From IMG/VR virus record IMGVR_UViG_3300021448_000142: DNA of 64,000 bases, one strand, 5' to 3'. The stretch is from a virus. A program made the position numbers and the translations under genes. Below are positions 30,014-39,743 of the stretch, in pieces. Every line of letters begins with the position of its first letter. The first letter of the stretch is position 1. The notes beneath the pieces were generated by a model. It did not search any database. It was not told the DNA's origin and worked only from the letters and a program-made list of their open reading frames with translations.

Positions 30014-30283
30014 ATGACAAAATCAGAAATTGAATACCACATAATGATGGATAAATTAGAAGAACTACCAGAGGTAAAAAATGTTAAACAAGCTAGAAAT
30101 GAAATTGAGGTTTCAATCGAACCTAAAAACCCCGATTGGGGTATGCCCAACAATCTAGAAAATTTGTTGAAGAATGAAGATATTACCGACGAAAGGTGGG
30201 CAATTGTCGATTTTAGTGGGATGAATACCGATTTAGAAGAATCCAACAAATTCCGAATTACGCTTTATATCAAAACCTTTTAA
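30014..30283 (+). CDS. Hypothetical cassette protein
   Basis: ATG 9 nt after the hairpin. Confidence 0.65.
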   Translation: MTKSEIEYHIMMDKLEELPEVKNVKQARNEIEVSIEPKNPDWGMPNNLENLLKNEDITDERWAIVDFSGMNTDLEESNKFRITLYIKTF

Positions 30284-30360
30284 TTTCTTGTCGAAATTTT
30301 GGCCCCGGTAGGGGTATGTGTGACAAATGACATATACCCCTGCGGGGCTTGAGGCAAACC

Positions 30361-30515
30361 ATGAACATGAGAGATGAAAAGCGGCAAATGCCACACAACA
30401 ACCCCGAACAGCTAGATGTCTATTGTCAGACTGACGATACTGTGACGTTCACTGACAATAAAACGACAATCATCGCAGAAAGCAAGTTTGTCTTTAATCT
30501 CAGTGATGTGAGATA
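30361..30515 (+). CDS. Small hypothetical cassette protein (51 aa)
   Basis: ATG 12 nt after the long hairpin; read manually. Confidence 0.5.
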
Positions 30516-30701
30516 AAAAATGTCACTCAGAACACCATTAGGAAACAGTAGCATCGTGGACCAAAAACCTACTCTATATGATAAGTCTCGGTTTGGAACA
30601 AATGAATTTTATGGAAAATTAGCTGAAAGGTTAGACAATTCTAAACAATAGTATCCTCTACCTGATATTTTAGAACGGACATAGGTCCGTTCGAGTTGAC
30701 A

Positions 30702-31055
30702 ATGACAATGGACAAACAGTTTGAAGCGCGTCGAAACGCCTACAAAAATGTCAAAGAAGCTAATAGTTTGGCCGAAACAGAATTTTCAGAGTTGTTTCAT
30801 GTTGCTCGAACAACTAGTCCAGACAACATGAGAACCAACGGATACAGTAGTGTGTCAATCCCCGTATGCTTCAAAGAAAGCGGGGAATATGAAGTGGGCG
30901 AACCTGTCAAAACACGGTCAGGCGTACACTTTCATGTTAGAAATAGTAACAAATGGAATACGGTTATTTCACTTCCTGTCCGTCCCTTTATGGAAACGCA
31001 AGTGGCAAAAGACGAATTGCTTTGGAAAATTAGCGGTCCGTTTAGAATGAGTTAA
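30702..31055 (+). CDS. Hypothetical cassette protein
   Basis: ATG 9 nt after the hairpin. Confidence 0.65.
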   Translation: MTMDKQFEARRNAYKNVKEANSLAETEFSELFHVARTTSPDNMRTNGYSSVSIPVCFKESGEYEVGEPVKTRSGVHFHVRNSNKWNTVISLPVRPFMETQVAKDELLWKISGPFRMS

Positions 31056-31105
31056 ACCCAATTTTCTGATATTTTGTTATGGGGTTATCCCATAACACGC
31101 GTGAT

Positions 31106-31318
31106 ATGATGGACAATCAAACAGTCGAACGGAAAATAGTTGAAAAGTACGGTGAACATATCATATCAACAAAAGTTTATGAAGAAAATAATATAATTAG
31201 GCTGAAATTTGCGAATCAGAAAAAAGTCATGTGGCTTAAAAAAGAAATATGTCGGGAATTTGACCTAAAAGTACAGCAACACTTAAACTCAAAAATCTAT
31301 TGGTTTGAACCGGCATAA
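31106..31318 (+). CDS. Hypothetical cassette protein
   Basis: ATG 8 nt after the hairpin. Confidence 0.6.
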   Translation: MMDNQTVERKIVEKYGEHIISTKVYEENNIIRLKFANQKKVMWLKKEICREFDLKVQQHLNSKIYWFEPA

Positions 31319-31374
31319 AATAACAATATCAATATTTTGTCGTGGGATTGAACTCCCGCGATAGCAGGTGAAAA

Positions 31375-31713
31375 ATGTCAGAAATAGAAATAACACCGCA
31401 AGAAAGAGAACAGTTTTGTAAAATGGCTTACACATATGGATACGAATATTTCGGGGAGTCATATATCGAATATGACAGCATGGAAGAAATTCGTATCTTA
31501 TGTGATGAATCACGAAACAAAAAATCCAAAAAGGCAATAATCCGCAAAGTCGAAGACTACTTTGGCTTTGAAAGAGAAATCCATGACTGGGATAACTTTG
31601 GGATTTTTGGATTAATCGAGGATATAACCGTGTGTTATGAAGCTGGGGCAAGAAATGGTTTAGATGATGAAAATTATAATCCCGAACGGATTAGCCATAT
31701 GTGGGAATATTGA
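31375..31713 (+). CDS. Hypothetical cassette protein
   Basis: GGTGA SD-like motif; ATG 12 nt after the hairpin. Confidence 0.7.
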   Translation: MSEIEITPQEREQFCKMAYTYGYEYFGESYIEYDSMEEIRILCDESRNKKSKKAIIRKVEDYFGFEREIHDWDNFGIFGLIEDITVCYEAGARNGLDDENYNPERISHMWEY

Positions 31714-31788
31714 ATATTTCAACAACTTTTTCTTATGGGTTTCCCATAAGCGTTTAAACACTTCCCGTAAAAGTGTTTGTGTAATAAA

Positions 31789-31938
31789 ATGACACACTTC
31801 AGCGATAATAAATGTCCAAAATGCGGCAAAGAAAGCGTATGGGTTGAGGAATATACGGATGACGGAGAAATCCACGGGTTATCTGTTGGTTGTGATACGA
31901 TGAATTGCTATTTTTCTGAACAAATAATGTTCGATTAA
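31789..31938 (+). CDS. Small CPxCG-type zinc-finger protein (49 aa)
   Basis: CPKCG...CDTMNC; read manually. Confidence 0.6.
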   Translation: MTHFSDNKCPKCGKESVWVEEYTDDGEIHGLSVGCDTMNCYFSEQIMFD

Positions 31939-32016
31939 AATATTTAATATTTTCTCATACCTCGGGGTATGTGTCAATTCCCAAAGACATACACCAATAG
32001 GGGTATAGTGTCAACT

Positions 32017-32229
32017 ATGCAAATCAAAACGAGAGAACGGAAAAATCAGATAGAAGAAAAGATACGTGAAAATACTGATAGTATCGATAAATTTATCAAA
32101 CCTGGCGACTTGAGGAATCAAAACATTGATAGCTGGGATGATGTTAATGTCAATGAGCTAGAAAAAGAAATAATAGTTCATTCGCTCTTTTATTTCCAGC
32201 CAGGTGAAAACCTGGTGGTAATAACATGA
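32017..32229 (+). CDS. Hypothetical cassette protein
   Basis: In-frame ATG at 32017. Confidence 0.55.
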   Translation: MQIKTRERKNQIEEKIRENTDSIDKFIKPGDLRNQNIDSWDDVNVNELEKEIIVHSLFYFQPGENLVVIT

Positions 32230-32495
32230 AAGAAACAAAAAACATAACCGATAGTGAAAAAGATAAAGTACTTGAAAAGCTATCCAAACGGTACAATTTT
32301 GTCAGTATAGGAACAATAGAAAAGTATTCACCATACAGATATTATTTTGTGACACTTTATTTCGAGGATAAAAACTTCACAATAAGTAATCGTTTTAATG
32401 TTTCTATTGATGATAATCTCTATAATTTTACTATATCCAATATCGCAAAAGTATCAAATGAGACAAATGTAACAATCAGAATCACCAAACAGTAA
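32226..32495 (+). CDS. Hypothetical protein
   Basis: ATGA coupling with the upstream ORF. Confidence 0.6.
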   Translation: MKETKNITDSEKDKVLEKLSKRYNFVSIGTIEKYSPYRYYFVTLYFEDKNFTISNRFNVSIDDNLYNFTISNIAKVSNETNVTIRITKQ

Positions 32496-32728
32496 CCGAG
32501 AATATTCTCTTATTTTGTCATACATTTTGATAGGTTAGCCTATTCGTCAAATCGACGTAAAACCAAGAACCATGCTAGTCAAAGCAACAGTTAACGGTAT
32601 GTCAGTCGAAAAGAACGTAAACAATTTGTCGGAATTTGTAGATTATGTCAAAGGTACTATGGGATTTGAACTTTCAGATATTCAAAACATCCAGCGAATA
32701 GACTGATAAAACTTCTTACTTTTTTGTT

Positions 32729-32902
32729 ATGGAAAACCATAGCATTCCTGATACCAGCGCAAGGGTAAATGTACACAATTTTACTTTTTGCCCGCATTGT
32801 GGCGAAAAAGTAAGAAAAGAAGAAATACAAATATCCAAATACAAATCGAATCAAGAAGTTATTTGCGATAATTGTAATCTTGTTTTGCTGAATAAGCGGT
32901 AA
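32729..32902 (+). CDS. Small CPxCG-type zinc-finger protein (57 aa)
   Basis: FCPHCG...CDNC; the only in-frame ATG lies inside the hairpin left arm. Confidence 0.55.
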   Translation: MENHSIPDTSARVNVHNFTFCPHCGEKVRKEEIQISKYKSNQEVICDNCNLVLLNKR

Positions 32903-32969
32903 ACATCCGTTTAGAAGAATTTCATTTATTTATTATTTTGGTATGGTCTTACCATACCAGTGAGACAAA

Positions 32970-33293
32970 ATGAAAGCTAAAAATGTTCAAACTCGTACAG
33001 ACTATTATCAGTATATTGATGAAAAGGTGGATTACATTGAACACGAATTGCGAAGGGGAATGTCTGCGAATAAACATCGAATCGTTCAAGAACATATAGA
33101 TGGTGATAGAATTATCATAAATTTTAGAAATTGCATTCATGTTCTAGAACTATCAGAAAATGAACCGGAAGAACGGAAGAATTATATTACTGACAATTCT
33201 AACTATAGAGAAGTCATTCGCGCTATGGCATATTCAGTATTCCGGCGAGATATTTATGATGAGATAGCCGACAGAGATATTGATTTAGAATAG
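32970..33293 (+). CDS. Hypothetical cassette protein
   Basis: ATG 10 nt after a perfect 9-bp hairpin. Confidence 0.7.
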   Translation: MKAKNVQTRTDYYQYIDEKVDYIEHELRRGMSANKHRIVQEHIDGDRIIINFRNCIHVLELSENEPEERKNYITDNSNYREVIRAMAYSVFRRDIYDEIADRDIDLE

Positions 33294-33341
33294 TCAGATA
33301 AACAATACGATTTTTGCTAGGGTTGTCCCTAGCTGATAATT

Positions 33342-33467
33342 TTGCTAAAACAGAAACCTAAAGCAAAAGATAAGTGCGACCACTGTAATAGTCACATATC
33401 AGACACATATAACGGTCTGTTTGTCTGTCAAATGTGTTACTATCATTATGGGTATGATGAAATCTAA
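33342..33467 (+). CDS. Small zinc-finger protein (TTG start)
   Basis: CDHC...CQMC; TTG 8 nt after the hairpin. Confidence 0.5.
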   Translation: MLKQKPKAKDKCDHCNSHISDTYNGLFVCQMCYYHYGYDEI

Positions 33468-34060
33468 ATTATCTTAGCGGCATTACATATAACTGATGTG
33501 GTTTAAAATCGCTTTGAGATAGTAGCACAATTTTGATACGGGGTAGCCCATATCAGTGATATAACATTAACTGTAAAATGTAAATACTGCAACTAAAATA
33601 TCTCCCCTAAATTTCCCCGAGTAAATAACTCGGGTGATAACAAATTTCTAACAATTACACAAAACTGGGTAATTGTCAAAATACACACATAATGCGAAAG
33701 ACGGGGGTCCGCTTCTAAAACTATACTTAAGACTTTTCATAGTTTCGAGTGAAGACAGTTACTTCAAAATAACCAAATACTTATAAGCAGGTATCAAAAA
33801 CAAACCAGATGCCCGATAAAAAATGCACTTAAACCTTTCGCTATTTTACCCCTTTATCCCACATAAATGCACCGATAGTTACCACACATATGCCTACCGA
33901 TGGCCAGTAGTAATAAACAACCTATACAGTTATATGTCAAAATGTAAATCGGCAAAATTAGCGAAAAATTTATGAGAACCACGGGGATTGAACCTATAAT
34001 CCCGCATGATTTGAACGGGCGGGGTGACTTTTGGAAAAGCAACAGCTTTTCCGTGATACA

Positions 34061-34267
34061 ATGAACATTGAGAAACTTGAAGAAAAAGATATTGAACAGT
34101 TAGTAATGAAAATGGAATCTCACCGAATACTCATTCTTTTCACAACTGTTCATCTTCTCCATGAATTTATGCTGGATGAAATGGAATTTCGGGAAAAGAA
34201 TGAAGTAAAGATAGAATCAACCAGCCAACTCAATAGAATGAGAGAAATTCTCAAAGAAAACCGATAA
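34061..34267 (+). CDS. Hypothetical cassette protein
   Basis: ATG 8 nt after a perfect 8-bp hairpin. Confidence 0.6.
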   Translation: MNIEKLEEKDIEQLVMKMESHRILILFTTVHLLHEFMLDEMEFREKNEVKIESTSQLNRMREILKENR

Positions 34268-34312
34268 ACTCAATATACAATTTTTCCCGCACAGTGTGCG
34301 GGTGTTCAAACA

Positions 34313-34610
34313 ATGACACAAAAAGAAGAATTCATTGAAGCAATTGAGAACGACGAGTATTGTGTTTGGCAACTCTCCGAAAACATTTACCTTGAAACTG
34401 ATAATCAATTTGATGGGACTTTTCATTCCGTGGCTGTGCGTGAGAGACGAATCACTAACAGAACAGGAAATTGACGATATAATGATGAAAAATAATGTGA
34501 ATGAAGTGTTTAGTTGGTACAAACTTGAAAAATCAAACCAAGAACACCTTTGGGATATTTGTGGTGTTGAAAGCGAGCATGAACAAATAGACCATTCTGT
34601 TTGGGAATAA
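34313..34610 (+). pseudogene. Frameshifted cassette ORF
   Basis: MTQKEEF...HSVAVRE continues as DESLTEQEIDD...HSVWE in another frame; a single-base indel near 34445 would join them. Confidence 0.5.
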
Positions 34611-34808
34611 AATAGTTCTCTCAATTTTTCTATGCTACTACGCATAGTGAACAAATTCCAACATGAACTTACATAAATATATTTTGAAATAAAGCACTCA
34701 CAAGCAAATGGGGGCCGGGGGTCCGAAATATGATAACCGATGGGGGGTACTGGGGATTGAATTGCAAATCTCACATTATTTTGTAGGGCATAGCCCTGCT
34801 GATTCACA

Positions 34809-35057
34809 ATGAACGAAATAGAAAACCTAAGCAATTTGAAAAGAGCAGAACGAATTACACTCGAACTGAAAGACAATTCGGTATTTTGTCATATTCTGTG
34901 TGCAAACGAAAAGAGGGCAATTCTGAATCATGAATACAGCAAAGAAATATATCACGTTCAGGATTCACAGGAAAACGGAATATTTATTGCTTATCTCGAA
35001 GACATAGAAAACAATTCAGCAACGTTTCTGGAAGAAAACATCACTTTGAGATATTAA
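34809..35057 (+). CDS. Hypothetical cassette protein
   Basis: ATG 9 nt after the hairpin. Confidence 0.65.
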   Translation: MNEIENLSNLKRAERITLELKDNSVFCHILCANEKRAILNHEYSKEIYHVQDSQENGIFIAYLEDIENNSATFLEENITLRY

Positions 35058-35102
35058 TTCAACTCACATATTTTGTGGTGGATTTCCGCCACAGATAACA
35101 CG

Positions 35103-35324
35103 ATGCCAAGAAACCAAAATCAAAAAGAAGTTGTCTTTGAATCACTTGAAGGAACTAAACGAATCTATGCTATCAGTGTTGAATGGAAAGATAATCACTT
35201 GTCCATTAGACATTATCCAAATAAAAACGAAAGAAAATTTCTGCAAGAAGACGAAATTATCCTCTGCAATATAGAAACAAAAGAAATCCCACTTTCAAAA
35301 GTGTTTGAAGTGAACAGTATTTAA
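35103..35324 (+). CDS. Hypothetical cassette protein
   Basis: ATG 9 nt after the hairpin. Confidence 0.65.
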   Translation: MPRNQNQKEVVFESLEGTKRIYAISVEWKDNHLSIRHYPNKNERKFLQEDEIILCNIETKEIPLSKVFEVNSI

Positions 35325-35381
35325 TCTGAACAATTTTTGTGGGGGAATTTTTGTGGGGGAATTATCCCCTACAGTTTCAAC

Positions 35382-35801
35382 ATGGAACCTGAATATCACA
35401 ACCGTATCGGTACTGTTTCAATCGGTGAAAAGTATGAATCAGTGACAATTGAACAGGGAACAATTAGTCTTGGGGACATTCTTGCGTGCGAAGGCCCCGA
35501 TAACAGATATCATCGTGAAAGGGTGACAAGCTCTATTTATGTTGCTCCAGTTGAAGCAATTTACCGTTTCACTGGTAAAATGTCAACCCGAGAAGCACAG
35601 TTAGAATTTGGTATTCCGGCACCAATTGGCCGGATTGATATGGAAAATATTCTTGCAATTTCTGGAAAAGAGATTCATTACTATCAAGACGGACGAAGAT
35701 GTGATATGAAGTCCATTAAACGGTTTATCGGTTCTGATTATGATAGATATATGCACATAGAATGGGTGCCCTGTGGAAATTTCCGTGTGAGCGGCGAATA
35801 A
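35382..35801 (+). CDS. Hypothetical cassette protein
   Basis: ATG 8 nt after the hairpin. Confidence 0.7.
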   Translation: MEPEYHNRIGTVSIGEKYESVTIEQGTISLGDILACEGPDNRYHRERVTSSIYVAPVEAIYRFTGKMSTREAQLEFGIPAPIGRIDMENILAISGKEIHYYQDGRRCDMKSIKRFIGSDYDRYMHIEWVPCGNFRVSGE

Positions 35802-35902
35802 GCAGACCACTCCTAATTATTTTTCGTTGCCATTGTGCAACGGTGACTGCTAATGAAAAACACAACTAACACGTTCGACTTTAACGAGGTAGAAGTATAA
35901 CA

Positions 35903-36091
35903 ATGTGTGGTTTTTACTATGGGAATTGTGAAATCTGCAAAGCCACAATTCGCAAAGAAGAACACGAGTCGTACCACCGCTGTTTTGCGTGTTTTGAGTG
36001 GTATGATGAACCCGGCGGAGCGGAGCTAGACCCGGAAGAACGCCCCCCATCAAGCATCCCGAACCACCCAAGCGATTACGATGGTGAGTAA
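35903..36091 (+). CDS. Small zinc-finger protein
   Basis: CEIC...CFAC. Confidence 0.6.
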   Translation: MCGFYYGNCEICKATIRKEEHESYHRCFACFEWYDEPGGAELDPEERPPSSIPNHPSDYDGE

Positions 36092-36094
36092 AAA

Positions 36095-36460
36095 ATGAGA
36101 CACGAAATCAACACTGAAACGAACAGCCCCATTGAAAGCAGTATCGACCGAACGTGGGACCACTATGCTTATGTCGATGATGGTGAATATGCGGTTGTAG
36201 TTGGCGTTTCGTGGGCAGAAATTGATAAAAGCGACGAGCATTGGGATGGGCATAGAGATACAGACACACCAACGGTTAAATACAAAGTTTATGTCTGTGA
36301 GGCTGGCCTTGTCGATGAATTGCGAACTGCTGTGAATACCCACAGAACCGAAAATCCTAACAATTTGGCCGACGTGGCCGTGGAAATCATGGAAATGCTT
36401 ATCGAAGAAGACGACCGAACGCCCATCCAAGCCGCGAAAGATTACTGGGACGACAAATAA
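36095..36460 (+). CDS. Hypothetical acidic protein
   Basis: GGTGA SD-like motif before the ATG; typical composition. Confidence 0.7.
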   Translation: MRHEINTETNSPIESSIDRTWDHYAYVDDGEYAVVVGVSWAEIDKSDEHWDGHRDTDTPTVKYKVYVCEAGLVDELRTAVNTHRTENPNNLADVAVEIMEMLIEEDDRTPIQAAKDYWDDK

Positions 36461-36537
36461 TTAAAGCGCATTGGTTAAGAATAGAGTCTCAAATTCGCGT
36501 ATTTTCTGTGGGGAGTGCGCCCCCACAGTGGTTCAAA

Positions 36538-36918
36538 ATGTCAAACGAAAAACAAGCCATAGATGAAGAACAGATTGCAAGTGGAATTGTGTTTGATATT
36601 GAACACTATAGACAGGGTGAACCGTTCGACCGTGTTGCTATAGGGATTCATGAATGGGAAAATCGAATAACCAAATATATCTACGATTTGGACAAAGAAA
36701 GTGCAGAAACAGTCTTGCGTATTCATGCCAAATATTATCTTAATAGAGAAATCGCGGAAAAACGCCGGAACTTGGAAAAGTATCATGTTGAAGATGGTTG
36801 TGTTCATCACGCTGGAACAGAACACGAATTAGAACAGTTTATTGAAGATAACTTTTATGTAGACCCTGTAATATCAATCACCGACGAATTTGAAAGCGTA
36901 GTTGATGAATTGAACTAA
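36538..36918 (+). CDS. Hypothetical cassette protein
   Basis: ATG 9 nt after a perfect 8-bp hairpin. Confidence 0.7.
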   Translation: MSNEKQAIDEEQIASGIVFDIEHYRQGEPFDRVAIGIHEWENRITKYIYDLDKESAETVLRIHAKYYLNREIAEKRRNLEKYHVEDGCVHHAGTEHELEQFIEDNFYVDPVISITDEFESVVDELN

Positions 36919-36970
36919 AGTTTAATTCTTTTATATTTTGGTGGGGTATGCCCCCACCTGTGATTCAAAA

Positions 36971-37249
36971 ATGACACTTGATGTACCCAATTGGCAACAC
37001 AAATCAGGATACAGCATAAAAGCAGACGGTCAACAAATTATATATGAACATACTGAAATGCCGTGGAAAGCGGTGATTGAGGGTGTTCTTGCCGAAAACG
37101 AAGAACCACCATTTGATTTTCAGTATTATGTTGCAATATTCGATAAATCTACAAACTTCCCCACGAAAACAATTGAAGCACATGAATTCTTTGCCGAAAA
37201 AGAAAATGCTATAGAAGACTTGGAATCGAAAATGAAGAAACACAGTTAG
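36971..37249 (+). CDS. Hypothetical cassette protein
   Basis: ATG 12 nt after the hairpin. Confidence 0.65.
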   Translation: MTLDVPNWQHKSGYSIKADGQQIIYEHTEMPWKAVIEGVLAENEEPPFDFQYYVAIFDKSTNFPTKTIEAHEFFAEKENAIEDLESKMKKHS

Positions 37250-37304
37250 AATCTCTTATTCTTTTCTTGGGGAATTATCTCCCAAGCACTCAAGGTAGAA
37301 TATT

Positions 37305-37495
37305 ATGGTGAAAATAGAAATTGACACTGAACGCAAATCAAGTAGTATAGACCAAAAAAAATGTCAGAATTATCAACAAATCAACTGCTTGAATTATATG
37401 ATTTCTTAAAAACCAATTCTAACGCAGAATTGGTAAGTTCTGAATTGATGTTCCGAGCAAGAACAAAAGAAAAATATCGTATGAAGAACAAATAA
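37305..37495 (+). pseudogene. Cassette ORF possibly split at an A8 run
   Basis: ATG 37305 frame and ATG 37361 frame would fuse with one extra A in the A8 run at 37354-37361. Confidence 0.3.
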
Positions 37496-37573
37496 ACGAA
37501 ATTGAGCGCAGGCTCTAGGTAACACTTATAAATATTTTGGATAAGCTAGGTATGCTTATCCGGTGAACACAAT

Positions 37574-37777
37574 ATGTCACGAATTGGAGAATTCCGGTAC
37601 ACCGGCAATGGAAAGCTTCTGAACAACGACGAGACATATACCATCTTCGACATTGGAAATTCTTATGAAGCATATCCTGAAGGTGGAACGGAACCCATTA
37701 AGATTAATCGGGGAACCTTTGTGTCTCTCCGGCGTGGAAATCTCGAACAGACTGAAGGCGCAACTCCGATGGGATAA
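37574..37777 (+). CDS. Hypothetical cassette protein
   Basis: GGTGA motif; ATG 12 nt after the hairpin. Confidence 0.65.
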   Translation: MSRIGEFRYTGNGKLLNNDETYTIFDIGNSYEAYPEGGTEPIKINRGTFVSLRRGNLEQTEGATPMG

Positions 37778-38270
37778 TAATCTAATCCAATATAGTCTAA
37801 CCCGAAATAGTCTACCCAGCCAAATACCCATTTTTGCTGTGGGGTTTCCCACACGCAAACTACTATGAAAATTGAGATAAAAAATGGCAAAATGATTATA
37901 ATCACCGCGTATAAAGAAAAATTCATTCCACGCGCAGAACAACTTTAGGAAAATATTTAACTCCGAAATAATAGAGGTAAAACAATGCCAATCGTCTCTA
38001 AGAAAACATTAGAACATAAGAAAACGGAAACAAAGCTAAAAGATGGTAGATGAACCGCACAATTGCGGTTCTGGAACCTGTGTAATTTGCGAAATACAAG
38101 CGGCTGTTCGTGAATACTGTGAAAATTGTACTGAAAATGAAAAGTGTTCTGCGTGTCAAGAAGCTGAAAAATAGGACGGCTAGTTGCAGGCTTGCAGGAC
38201 TAGGGGATTGCTTTCTTAACCCCGCATCATTTTGGAGGGGAAGATAATTTCTCTCCAGTCAAAATGACAA

Positions 38271-38564
38271 ATGACAATAGATAATTCAGCAATCACAAAA
38301 ATCTACAAAGTTGCACAAGCATTTGAAAAGGATTTCAACCCGGATAACTTCGATATTATCGGATTGTATCATGAGTATGACGACCACGAACATTCAGATT
38401 TGCCCCAATATAGAGTTTGTGTTGTAGTTGAAGACATAGGGAATTTTTCAACGTTTGTCTTCCCCATTGCCGAATTCGGACGAAAGCAGGGATTATTCTT
38501 ATTTGATACTGTGAGCAATTGGGAAGATGAGACGGTGAAACTCCGATTCGGCTACAAAGCATAG
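38271..38564 (+). CDS. Hypothetical cassette protein
   Basis: ATG 13 nt after the hairpin. Confidence 0.65.
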   Translation: MTIDNSAITKIYKVAQAFEKDFNPDNFDIIGLYHEYDDHEHSDLPQYRVCVVVEDIGNFSTFVFPIAEFGRKQGLFLFDTVSNWEDETVKLRFGYKA

Positions 38565-38657
38565 GAACTTATACTTCTTGTACTATTTGTCACCTATATC
38601 TTGACAAAACGCACACAAACTATAACATTTTGTGGGGGTTTGCCCCCGCCAATCAGC

Positions 38658-38996
38658 ATGAAAGACCACTATGCATACTTGGTAACTGGTCGAAACGACT
38701 TAGAAGAAAATCTTGTGTATCAATCTGCGGGTGTTGAACGGATTATTCCAAAATTGTGCGAAGGCGACAAACTGCGTTTGCAACGTGAAGGCAAAAGCTA
38801 TCCGCAAATTTTTGTTCAAGTATTAGAAAATCATGGTGAATTTGTTGTTGTAGAAGACGAAAACAATAACCATTATAAACTGTGGGGAAGATGGTACCCG
38901 GAGAATTCAAGAGCGACGGCGCAGGCATGGTTGCGAACAGATACCAACACTTCAGCAGGGCGGGTAACTAGTTTGACGATTCTGAACCTCACATAG
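38658..38996 (+). CDS. Hypothetical cassette protein
   Basis: ATG 8 nt after the hairpin. Confidence 0.65.
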   Translation: MKDHYAYLVTGRNDLEENLVYQSAGVERIIPKLCEGDKLRLQREGKSYPQIFVQVLENHGEFVVVEDENNNHYKLWGRWYPENSRATAQAWLRTDTNTSAGRVTSLTILNLT

Positions 38997-39048
38997 GTAT
39001 CTTTTTATTTCCCCATGCACAAACATGGGGTGAATCGAGACTTAAATC

Positions 39049-39201
39049 ATGATTAAAAAACCACAACAAACTGGCTGTAAGAGCATCGAACTGCTAAACG
39101 AAGGCGTAGCGAACGGCATTCTTAGCATGCTTATCGCCTCCTATCCCGTTGAGTACGATGAAGAAAAAGACGTGTATAAAGTGGGTGAAAGAGATGACTG
39201 A
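39049..39201 (+). CDS. Small hypothetical cassette protein (50 aa)
   Basis: Read manually; overlaps the next ORF. Confidence 0.45.
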   Translation: MIKKPQQTGCKSIELLNEGVANGILSMLIASYPVEYDEEKDVYKVGERDD

Positions 39202-39415
39202 CTCAAAAGAAATTAATAAAAATCGTACCAGAGAAGTAGGGGACGGTATGATGGCTATAGTCAAATATGTGAAACCGAAAGTCGGGCTTCGCGGCAAATA
39301 CAGACCAATCTATGAGGGTAAGATTTATTTCCACGATAATTTCATACAACTGGCTGAACATGAAGACAATCGGAGAATTCCCTACAGTCGAATCTACTAT
39401 ATCGACAACCAATAA
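39194..39415 (+). CDS. Hypothetical protein (Sm-like beta pattern possible)
   Basis: In-frame ATG at 39194 overlapping the upstream stop. Confidence 0.55.
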   Translation: MTDSKEINKNRTREVGDGMMAIVKYVKPKVGLRGKYRPIYEGKIYFHDNFIQLAEHEDNRRIPYSRIYYIDNQ

Positions 39416-39499
39416 CCGAGTACAATTCTGTCTTCCCATAGTTAAAGTTCTTGTCGGAACAATTTTTTTCTGTGGGATTGTCCACAGGTGACTTCCAAA

Positions 39500-39679
39500 A
39501 TGACAGATGAAGAAACCGAACACGTATTGGAACGGCTGGAACAAATTGATGAAGATATTTCAGCACTCCGAGAACATCCAATGGTTGATGGATTCCGGGC
39601 AGGAGAAGCACTCGATATGGCACGAGAGTATGTTGAAGTAGCGAAGCGAGATATTGAAGGCACAAAAACCGACGAATAA
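39500..39679 (+). CDS. Small helical cassette protein
   Basis: GGTGA motif; ATG 12 nt after the hairpin. Confidence 0.65.
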   Translation: MTDEETEHVLERLEQIDEDISALREHPMVDGFRAGEALDMAREYVEVAKRDIEGTKTDE

Positions 39680-39743
39680 CCAAAGAAAATTTTATATAGT
39701 GCCCCCGCTAAACTATTTTCGTGTCAATTAATGACACAGGAGT

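Noticed and set aside
33975-34010. GGGGATTGAACC resembling a minus-strand tRNA T-loop
   Set aside because: No T-stem, acceptor or anticodon arm can be built; it forms a simple GGGATT/AATCCC hairpin instead. I found no convincing tRNA in the window.
34217-34876. 219-aa minus-strand ORF, and likewise 25267-25752(-), 56080-56733(+) and other antisense ORFs in the track
   Set aside because: They overlap better-supported genes or elements on the opposite strand and have atypical non-acidic composition, so they are shadow ORFs.
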